A DNA stretch of 57,059 nt, filler included, from Catajapyx aquilonaris (lineage: Eukaryota), in the NCBI GenBank assembly GCA_000934665.2. It is 3 parts of 3 records of this genome, joined end to end, with 100 filler letters (N's around TTAATTAATTAA, not from the genome) between each part and the next. Parts side by side here need not be neighbours in the genome. Positions count along the whole stretch, not along the records: positions 38,139 to 57,059 come from JYFJ02006573.1; 2 more parts are not named here. One strand, given 5' to 3'. Position 1 is the stretch's first letter; every line of letters starts with the position of its first letter. The notes beneath the pieces are model-generated. The model did not search any database and was not told the origin of the DNA. It worked only from the letters and a program-made list of their open reading frames with translations. A program made the position numbers and the translations under genes. Shown in pieces: positions 39,245-49,224 of the stretch.

Positions 39245-42200
39245 GAAAAACCCCCTCCCGGTCGGTGTGTAGGGGTGTTTGGTCTAAGCTTACGCACGAC
39301 CGAGCGAGACCTTCGAGATGTGTTTTCTCGTTTCGGCCCGCTTGAGGACGTGGATATAGTCGTAGATGCACAGGTAAAGGGCATTTGTGGCCACCCTATT
39401 TTCATTTTTCCCTTTCCCCCCCTCCCCCTCTTTTTGCTCTTCTCCAACTAGGAGGACCCCACACCCAGCCGATGTTTAGGCGTATTTGGCCTGAGTCTGT
39501 ACACAACTCGGCAAGAGATACTCCACATTTTTTCCAAATACGGCCCAGTCCAAAAGGCTGACCTGGTCATAGATGCCAAGGTAAATTATTTGGATTTTCA
39601 TTACCCTCCCTCCCAACCTTAAATGTGTCCACATTGATTTAGTATTGGATTGGTCCCAATTGGTCATTCTTAGCCCCTCCTGTATTTTCATTTCACCAAT
39701 TTACTTTTCGGAGCCTGGTTTTGAGCAGGTCAAATTACGCCCCTTTTTTTTCATAGATTTCTTAGTTCCGGCGGGTTTGAGGGGGAGTCAGTGTGGAGAA
39801 ATGCATTTTTAAGATCCCCATTTTAGTACAGGAAGGGCATGGGTTCCAAGATGGCCAACCACATTTAGTTGTATTTGCATGCAGTGTGCCATGTGTATAT
39901 TTTACGATACAGTAAAACCTCTATAAGTCGAATCTTCATAAGACCGGGAAAAAACTTTGACTTATATATAGAAGATTCGAGTTAGAGAAGTTTGGAATTT
40001 TTAAACACGCAACTGTATAAGGAAGCCTACCTTTATACTCTCCGATTCACATAAGTCTAAACCTTTTTGGATATTCATACGCCCAAAAGTAGTGGCCCCC
40101 ATGCCCTACCACTCCTCACAACAAAATGCACAGTTTGTGTAGCGCTCCAGCTACCGCATGGGCTGCCCATGATAATTAGGCATTCGAATTACATGTGCCT
40201 GCACTTCGAGAAAGCCAGTGATACGGGGACTAATTTTGTGGTGGCTCACGCCCTTAGGCGTATGTATATCCAAAAAGGTTCAGACTTATGTGAATCAGAG
40301 TGTCCAGCGACAAAAGGTGTTCAAAACGTTAAAATAACTGTCACTATCACATTTACAATGTTCCTCATTGTTTTGCAGTAAAAAAATCTCCGTTATGGAC
40401 ATTTGCCTACTCATAGATTCAAGGATTCAATTGCCACAACAGAGTCAAACACTTCTTTCGGTACGTCTGGTAGACGGAGATCAGGAAATTTAGCCTTTCT
40501 GTACTTGTGGCCTACTTTCGCTGGGAAATAAGACAATTTTCCGTACTCACCAACGTGAACTTCAAATTAGGGAGACTCAATCGTAAGGCCCTGCCTTCAC
40601 TTCGAGTTAGGGAAGTTTATTTCCTATTAATTTATTTTGCATTGTGACCAACCTAGCTCATAATTTTCTTCGACTTACAGAGAACTTCGACTTATAGAAG
40701 TTTTACTGTGTTTTGTCTTAGGAATTGAGTCTGCACGCCATTTTGAAAGTGGGAAATCACCAGGCCCCTCCTGCACTACATGTACTTGGGTGAAACTTGA
40801 CTATGGGCAGTGTCATTCAAGATTGCAGGGGAAGTTTGGGCATTGCCATGGTGACTTAATGTTTCAACCTGTAGTGGACAGGGTTGCAACAAGTTGCCAT
40901 GACAACAGCCAAATTTCCGCTGCCTTGAGTGAATAGGCCTTAGTACCCTGTGACATCAAGTGCACTGATCATGCTGAGGAACCAATTCTGGACTTTTGCG
41001 TTGGTTAAAATTGGCATAAAAAGTTGGAAATTATTCACACTTTTTTGTTATTCTAGATCCAAGCTCATGAGTCAGCTTCCACCCACTGCCTTTTATTCAT
41101 ATCACCCCCAATGAGAACACAATCACGCTAACTTCTTGTGATACCAAGCTCACCAAGGGGCTTGCATACCATGCATTTGATAAAAAGATTCCTGATCATG
41201 AGCAAGAAGTGACTAATTTATATCTGCGAGCTTTTTATTGACCCAAGTTTTGAATGTTGAATTTGGTATGGAGTGGCATTGACATAAGGTGGTGGGTGGA
41301 GTCTGATATCAGACCTTGGATCCAGAATATCTCATGAACAGTGCACATGGTGATGCATGAAATTGGTTATAGTTTCCTATCTAGAGATAAACACGTGACT
41401 TGAAAGATATTGTACTAATCATCAGAAGTTTATCTGTAGAATATATAGCTATAATGTGGATGATGAAATTGTACCTCATGCAATGCATTTCAAGTTCATG
41501 TGTTAAAGTACCTCATCTCCACCATTTCAAAACACAGTGTCTTGACATTGGGTGGGAAATTGAGAGTCGGGGTGGACGGAGGATAGTTTATGCTGGTAAA
41601 CCTCTGTGTATACCCTATTTCATGACCTTGCTCAATACAGAATGGACACTGATATTTGCAAATGTGCAGATGCAGCGTTTTAGAATGGTGGGGCCCTACG
41701 GTAGAGGAAACATCAAAGTTGAAGGGGTCAGTGCATCATCGGGTATCAATACCTTTCTTTCTGTCAGTGGTAAATGATAACAATGCTGATGGGTTGAGTA
41801 CATCCAACAAAACTGGCGATGAAATTGTTCAATTTTGGTACTTGTAATGGTAGCCATTGTGACCAGTTCTCGTTTGTCTTGCATTAATATTGACGGAAGG
41901 TTTATAAAATAATGACAGTCAGGTGTTAATGATGATGCCTCCAATATAAACCATCTGTCACAAAATATTTTAGAATGGGGAGGGGAATCTGCTGATGCTA
42001 ATAACTTTTTGAGTTGTCACTTTAAATCAGTGCTTCTCAATTTTTTTCATTAGTGACCCCAGAAAACTGTGTCGTAAAATTCGCCACCCCCCGCTTCCCG
42101 ATTCAACCCTACCCTCCCTCAGTGATAGCTCAGTGATGACAATAATCGCTATATGAACACATCTCGTTTACGGGCTTATTTTACCAAAGGGAGAGAATCA

Positions 42201-44097
42201 TTTTGTAAAAATAATTTGTTATCCTCCCTCGTGACTCAGTTTGGGAAGCCCTGCTTTAAATGTTCAGGTCATGTGTCAGTTATAGTTACTGAAAAACAAT
42301 GTTGCACTGAGCCCTTTAATGGTCAGCAGCTCAATGTTCTGGGCTTGCATTTTGTAAGTTGAATTAGCACAGGAATCCTCAAACAGTGTTAAGTGCTGCA
42401 ATTTGAGTGTCCCTCTGCTAGACTGGAAAATGGTATGCACTAGTTTTTTGCAAGCATTAAATTTATTATGCACCTTTATTTGCACGCATTTTAAAATAAT
42501 GAATCTAATGCATAATGCCCCTTCCCATCCCACAATCCCTGTTTCTTCCACTAGACTGGGCGTTCGCGAGGCTTTTCATTTGTGTACTTTGAGAGCCTGG
42601 AGGATGCCAAGGCAGCCAAGGAACAGTGCACTGGAATGGAGATTGACGGAAGACGCATCCGCGTTGATTACTCCATCACCCAAAGGGCCCACACACCAAC
42701 CCCTGGTATCTACATGGGCAAGCCCACATAGTAAGTGCATAACATTCTTCAAGGTACCACCAACACTAAGTTTATGTGGCTATCGTGCACTCCTGCGGGT
42801 TGGGTGGCAGTTGGTGTGGAGTGGGGGTGGAGATGTGTGGAAGTGCGGCAATGCCCCAGCCTGAACCGCCAAACGGCAGGGTTGTTTGGGGGTCGGTTAT
42901 GGGGGGGACCGCCCTCGCAATTCGCGGTTCATTGTATGGTGCATGACATGTATGTATGACATGCTTTAACCGAAATAAATATGTAGCTGGAACTGGAACT
43001 CTTTGTCTTGGTGTTGCTGTGTGGCTTTTTGTTACCGCAACAATACTGTACTTTGTTGTGGCCATGCCAAGCAAGACATGTCGTCTTGCGAGATTTTTTT
43101 AGTTCATTGCAGAGCGTTAGCGGAGCTGGGATCTTATTGTGGGTTTGTATACGCAACAATACTGTCCTTGTTGTTCGCGGCAGGCCAACAAACATTATTG
43201 TGGCCTTGCCAAGTGCTACACAGCCACGAGAATCTGTCCCGGCCGTGGTCCCGGAAATACACCACCGCCATCCCCCCTTCCAACCAATGCCCCCCCACCG
43301 ACTCCCTCCGAACAGCCGAACGAACCACCGAACAGCACCCACCACGGCGTGGTGTTGCCGCACTTCAGTGCCACTCCACCCCGTCACTCAACCGCTCAGA
43401 GAGTACCACTTCCGTTTATATTGGCAAGATACACAAATTTTTGAAATTCTAGTAAACTTAAATAATTGCATATTTATAAACATTAGGTGCCAGTTTCTAA
43501 CCTGTAACATTTCTTGACTTGTAGCAGTGGGTACCGAGGTGGAGGGTATAGGCGCTCGCCATCCCCTTACTACAACAAGTCCTCCTCCTCTTCATCGCGA
43601 AGGAACCGCTATGAGCGTTCACGCTCACGGAGCTACTCACCTCGTAAGTAGGCTTTTGCAAGTTTGTGGAGGAATAAATTAATGTCATTCATCATGTAAT
43701 AAGTGTTTGACCTGCCCTGTCTCTTCCTTAAAATTGCCATTCCCAAGTTCCTTGATTTCCAGAAGTTTTGACCAGAGTGTTCCATTACTGTAATTGTAAT
43801 TTGTTTTTTCCCTTCACCCGAAAGTGCCATGTATCACAAATCTGGCATCTAAGGAACAAATAGTTAACAGTAAAAAAGAAATTATGCATTGAGATCATGC
43901 AGTGTCAAAATTTAAGTTCTGGAGGCTAAAGTGAATTTTTCAAATTGGATAAGGGGCTTCAATTATGGAGCACTTTATCTTCTCCCCTCCACAACAATTG
44001 TCTTTCCTCTTTTTGCCTTTTTTTTTTTTGTCTTTTCCTCTCTCATTACATTCACCCTTATTTTTCTCTGCCCTGTCCCATTCCAGGTCGGTATTAA
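39245..44097 (+). CDS. tra2: Transformer-2 splicing regulator (RRM + RS2), N-terminal RS1 exons not found
   Basis: Exons 39245-39373 or 39452-39580 (RCxGVFGLS), 42555-42730 ([41 protein letters not shown]), 43525/43528-43643 ([17 protein letters not shown]), 44087-44097 (RRY*). These are diagnostic Tra2 RRM, linker and C-terminal motifs. Confidence 0.95.
39452..39580 (+). CDS. tra2: Duplicated alternative tra2 RRM exon (copy B)
   Basis: 129 nt, phase 0/0, with AG and GTAAAT sites. Translates [43 protein letters not shown], paralogous to 39245-39373 (also 129 nt). Confidence 0.9.
39910..40708. mobile_element. pogo/Tigger-like non-autonomous element in a tra2 intron
   Basis: TA-CAGTAAAACCTCTATAAGTCGAA ... 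TTCGACTTATAGAAGTTTTACTG. Confidence 0.8.
41053..41326. mobile_element. Diverged MITE
   Basis: Imperfect TIR GATCCAAG..TCAGCTTCCACCCACTGCCTT / AAGGTGGTGGGTGGAGTCTGA..CTTGGATC. Confidence 0.5.
42028..42253. mobile_element. hAT (Charlie-like) MITE
   Basis: TIR CAGTGCTTCTCAA / TTGGGAAGCCCTG with 8-bp TSD CTTTAAAT at 42020-42027 and 42254-42261. Confidence 0.82.
42795..43396 (+). promoter_or_regulatory. Structured intronic RNA element in tra2 (long-range duplex enclosing repeated hairpins)
   Basis: G-rich 42795-42910 is complementary to C-rich 43270-43396 in nested order, with internal repeats CGCAACAATACTGT. Confidence 0.6.
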
Positions 44098-45568
44098 CAG
44101 CAGCCAGGTGGGAGCTTCTGGGGGTTCTCTTCACATTTTAGGCTTAAATGTGATTATTAACATTTAAGCAGGATAAGGGCTGCTGTAAAGCAAAAAACTC
44201 TGAATTGGTTGGCATTGCCTTTTGCTTTTGTTATGTAGCGCATATTTTCCTTGCTTGAATGTTCTTTTCTTTTCATTTTGCAATCCTGAATATGTGTACA
44301 AGTCTGAAATGTGCGGTACAATACCCAGCACTCTTTTTTTATCATGTTAGGGAGCAAAGTAACGTGTTAATTTTTAGCCAACCATTTCATTGTGGTTATT
44401 TTTTTTCTGCCTACGTTTTTGTTCACTGTAACATTGAGCTAGTGGTGTTTTTATTGGACAATTTGAACTGTCTTGAAGTAGAATTAGTCCCTAGTGGAGA
44501 AAACAACAACAAAGGAAGTTGTTTAACCCCAAAAAGATACAACAAAAAAATCACTATCCTAATAAACAAAAAGAAAAAAAAACTACCAAACTCTAATCCC
44601 ATTTTTACTTTCATTTTCATGAGGTGTAGAAGCAAGAGGTGTGGGATGAAGTAAAGAAGTTTTGCAAGTAGGAAGTTGCTTGAAGTGTGTTTAGGAAGTC
44701 ACTCATGGGGCAAGAGAAAGGGGCCTCCCCTGAAAAGGTGTCCGAAGTGAAGACCCACAGAAAATAACGAGAAAAAGAATACCTAAAACAAACAAACAAA
44801 TTAAAAAAGTGGAGGGAGGGGGTCGTAACATTGATTGGAAATGTATGTAAAAGAGCAAGACTTTCTTCCCCCTTGGAAGAAGGCAGTCTTTGGAAGAAAT
44901 TGTCTATGGGGTCCCAAGAAAAGAAAAATCGAATCCCGAAGATAATGGTAGAGGGGGTTCAAGAGAGAACATAGAAGTGGAAAAGTGGAAGAGAGGAGGA
45001 GGAGAAAAATTACGTAAGTTAAATTGCCCTGGTTTAGGGTTTTGCAAGTGGGATTAGTATGCCTTGTAATTATTTTTTAACACTTCTAAGGTGTTGGTAA
45101 CGAGCACCTCTGTAACGTGGCTGCGAAGGCAGCGGCGGTTCAGAGGTGCCCAAGTGGTTTGGAGAAACTTGGGAGTCCTTTGAGTGTGGTGGCTTCGAAA
45201 GCCAATTGCGTAACAAGTACTATTCATACTTGGTTTTCAAGGCACTGCACCTGGGTTCACATGTACAGAGTGCATTATTTACTCAGGAGGATAATTTTTT
45301 TGTGTGTCTTGACACATTTTAATTTCACTTGAGCGTGTATTTCACTCCCCCTTAATTGATGTCCTTTCCAGCCATCAATATTGAAGTTGCAAGTTGTGTA
45401 GATCTCTGTGAAGTCACTTGGTAAAGAAAAAAGTTATACAAAAAATCTCCAACATAAGGTGATTGGAAGCCAGAAGATTCACTTTGCATGTTGGGATTTT
45501 TGTGTACCCATGACAAATAAACACCATTTTATGAAATTAACATTGTATTTGACTAATTACAACTGGGG

Positions 45569-47032
45569 TCACCACCATTTCTCATACACGATCTGTGATT
45601 GGTCGTAACCCAAGTCCAACAGGAGCAACTCCATGTCCGTAATCATTGGAGGAGGTCCACATATGTACACTGAAGATGCCTTCCCTGGGTAGAATGGGCT
45701 TAGGAGTGCATGATGACCTATGCGACCTGCAAAATGGTAAGTAAGCATTGATGTGACAAATCTAAGGAGCTGTGTGCAACATAGTAGACTGCAAACCCAC
45801 AATTGAACAGACCTTACGTACCTCGAGTTACATTGTGCAGGTACAAGCTCTCTGAGCCAGTCACAAAATATTTCGCATCAATGGCTTCATTGGCTGCACA
45901 TATAGAGTCAATTAGTTCTCTAAACAGAAGTTCTTGAACACTGATAGCACTGTACAGAAGCACCAATCGTCCCTTCAACCTGCTGGCGGACTGGTGCTGG
46001 GCATGTACGTATTGAAGAATAGACACCAGGGGATTGATTCCGACGCCACCAGCAAGAAGAAGAATGTCTCCATAACAGGAACCTTTCTCAGGTGGGAAGA
46101 AAAAGTCACCCCCAACTCGCAGTTGAACTAGGCTGCCGACTGTGCACTGCAAGGTACATCTTTGTCATACCATATAAAAGCACTGCTGGAGGACGAACAT
46201 ACTTTTGTGTGTATCCAGTATGTTGGTGGCCACTTTCCATACTTGACTGCAAGTTCAATCAAACCCTCTTGTTCCAATTGACTGGGAGGGGAACATATAG
46301 AAAAACCACCTACTGTCTCCACACCTGGTATGAAGAAGTCGACCCTGCAATGTAAGCAATGTATGAACATTTGCTGCCCACGAATAGAAGAAAACCCTTT
46401 AATTATTTGACGTAAGTTGCAAAGTATACATACCACTGCCCAGCTTTGAAGGAGAAGTTGGGATCAGTCACCCTGAGTGTAATTGACTTGACCGTGGGGC
46501 TGAGATCAGTCACTTCAACCACCTGCCCCTGCGTGGTAAGATCACTTCTCTGTTGTTCTGCAGTCAATTCCAGATGTGTCTTCCTTCCATCCAGAGGTGG
46601 TCCACTGTTTCCAGGCACAATGCGACACAAAGGCTGGAATAACCTGAAATAAATAATTCCAGGGTTGCTCCCACTTTCCAAGAACCACTACCAAGCAAAT
46701 TGTAGGTTTTCACCCCGACTGCTGGATCGCTGCGTATTATGAACCTGTGTCACGCACTTGCGTTCCCAGGAATTTATCAATTAGTAGGCTACACCTGACC
46801 ATTTTCCAAATGAATAGTGTAAGCTTGGACACTATTCGCTGCACTTGTCTGTTAATTTGTTCCCTTAAAATTGCACTAAAGGTCAGTACACATATTTAGC
46901 AGCGCTTCACATGACTCATTGCAACAGCAGCAATCAAACGCACCGTCCGAGACTGCAGGTGCTGAATCTCGTCCTCTGCACAAGCCCCCTGAGCCTCATG
47001 ACCGTGCATGTCCCTCTGTACGCCCTCCACAT
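45569..47032 (-). CDS. OXNAD1: Oxidoreductase NAD-binding domain-containing protein 1 (FNR family)
   Basis: Phase-consistent exons 47032-46944, 46643-46434, 46344-46203, 46146-45822, 45726-45569. Motifs FKAGQWVDFFIP, VGGFSICS, LLAGGVGINPL, YICGPPPM and terminal YEKWW. Arg-rich N-terminus resembling a mitochondrial presequence. Confidence 0.93.
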
Positions 47033-47293
47033 GGTCCTGCAGCCAGCTGCAGCCTCCCAACTTCCAGCTAGGCTCCAGCACGGCCTGGCAACACTGTCCA
47101 GCAGATGAGCAAGTTCAGATTCCGCCCGTCAGATTCCGCCTCCTTCCACCCACCTGCTTCCTAGTAAGGATCCCCTCCACTAGAGGCGCTTTAATCTGCA
47201 AAAAAAAAGTATGGGGAGGGGAGGGGGAGGGGTCGTGGGCTGCCCCCACCACCCGCCAACCCGGGCGGAATTATTAGTCGAGAAGAAAAAACC
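47033..47293. promoter_or_regulatory. Likely bidirectional promoter / 5' exons shared by OXNAD1 and DRAK
   Basis: GC-rich stretch just upstream of the OXNAD1 ATG. A strong + strand donor GTAAGT at 47294 suggests a non-coding first exon of the kinase gene. Confidence 0.5.
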
Positions 47294-49075
47294 GTAAGTA
47301 GTAGGACGGTTGGCGGATTCGAACATCCGGCATTACCTCTCCAGTGTGTCCTGTACCCGTCGCTCGGACATTACCAGTTCAACAGGGTGAGGCTAGTCTC
47401 TGCTGGTTCCTATATTTTGTAATGTTGGGAAGAAATTGTTTAAAAAAAAATTGGCCAACGGTCACTGGCACACACCTGGCAGTTGGGAAGAGAACACGTA
47501 ACGAATCGATTGGAATTACTTTTTAATTGGCCGGTGCTTTTACGATGGGGGGTTTTGCGCAATTTTTTATTGACAGCAGTGTGCACTAGAAGTCAGGGTT
47601 TTAAATTTTTGAATTTGGTGCAAATAGACAGTCATAAAATAATGTTGTCTAGAACATGCTGATTAAAATCCTTCCGAATTGAATTTAGCTGCTTAAATAT
47701 TCAGTTTAATGCATATTAATATAAATTAATTTCAGTCGTAACAAGGTGGTCTGGTAATACCTGAACACCACTCTCTATGGGAACTATAATGCAGTGAAGA
47801 AATGTATGTAATAACAAGAGCTCTTGGTAATAATTATTAATTTCTCTGTGCCAATATGCAGTTGGTAGTAAATTCAGAACAGTCATTCTACATGACAAAT
47901 ATGGAAAAACCACATGTTCTGGATTTACCATCAGTTATGCAACTCCCTTAGTGACATTGCGTGCACATGTAGCGTTTCAGTGAGATATTTCTGAATATGG
48001 TCCGTAGCTTGTCACTTTCCGGCATGAAAGCTGATGAATTATAATAATTCGGTTGTGTTCTGCCCTTTTTGTTTCACAGTGCTTTTAACGAGCTATAGTG
48101 AGCATGCACGAGAAAGCGGCATGAAAATGTCAGTTGAGCCAGTCGGTGATGTGCAAACTGTGGATTTCAATGTCCAATCTCAACTGCGGAGTTGGAACTT
48201 GCAGAAAGTCTAACAGACCCTGACGTAAAATGATGGCAAAATTTGATTTGGTAGTAGTAGCAACAGGAACTATGGCTTGTGAGTTGCAGTTATTCTCTCG
48301 GCTACATTCCACAGGTGTGACTCGTACTGTGGAATACAATTTGGTGGGATCATTGCTTTTATACCTATGCTAGTCATTGACCAGGTAGCCTGCAATGTGC
48401 AGAAGAAAAAATATATATTTGTGATATCTCTATGTTAGTACACAGTTGAACAGTACCGCTTGTGAAATGTTATTTTGCGGAAGAGTTGTCAGCGTTATGT
48501 AAAATATCTCTGAAGCTAGACACATTGTGTAGGTGAATTATCAGCTAACTTGGTTTTGTCAAATATCAGAGGAAGTGGTTGGAAATTTTTTTCCAACCCT
48601 TTAACCAGACTTCCTCATTACGTACAAGTTCAAGGTACCAACAAAGAATTGTGGTTGTGCTGCTTAATAAAATGGCAGTGAAAGTTATGCCCCGCAATGC
48701 GTTCAGTCATTTAAATGCCTCCAAGCGGAATTGTCATGGTAGGGTGATCACCACAGAATACAAACAATGAGAACCCCCAAAAAATTAATATTTTTTCAGC
48801 TCAGAGTACTGACACACAACATTTTTTTTTTTTCCTTTCAGGTATACAGTGTACGCCCCGTTCACTTTCATTCCCGCATTTTAAATTAAATATCCAGAAA
48901 GCTGGGTAGCTCGTGCAGCGTGATAATCCCATGCGCTATCCATCACCTCAGACTGGGAGAGGTGACCTGGCCCAAGGGCCGGCTGGAGGAGGAACAGAAA
49001 GTGCGGAGGAGAAATAGCAGCAGCAGTGTCAGTGGTGGAAGTGGCGTGGTGGACAGTGGAGGGAGTGAGGAGACA

Positions 49076-49224
49076 ATGTCCAACAAGCTGAACCTGGAGG
49101 ACGGTGTGGTTGTCAACGGACACCACCAAGGCTTGCTCACACTCTCGGAGGATGCAGCGAAAGACCTGGTGCACCGTGACTCCATCAACACCAAGTACAA
49201 GGTGGAACAGATGCCCTTTGCCAG
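49076..49224 (+). CDS. Drak: Death-associated protein kinase-related (DRAK/STK17) first coding exon; gene continues beyond the window
   Basis: MSNKLNLEDG..DSINTKYKVEQMPFAR followed by a GTCAGT donor matches the Y.VEQ.PFAR(GKF) start of the insect Drak kinase domain. Acceptor at 48841/48842. Confidence 0.75.

Noticed and set aside
42929..43517. Several overlapping 100-170 aa ORFs in the tra2 intron
   Set aside because: No recognisable domains. The open frames reflect the GC-rich structured element.
46692..46744. Possible extra OXNAD1 exon
   Set aside because: The available donors are out of phase, and exon 1 joins 46643 directly in frame.
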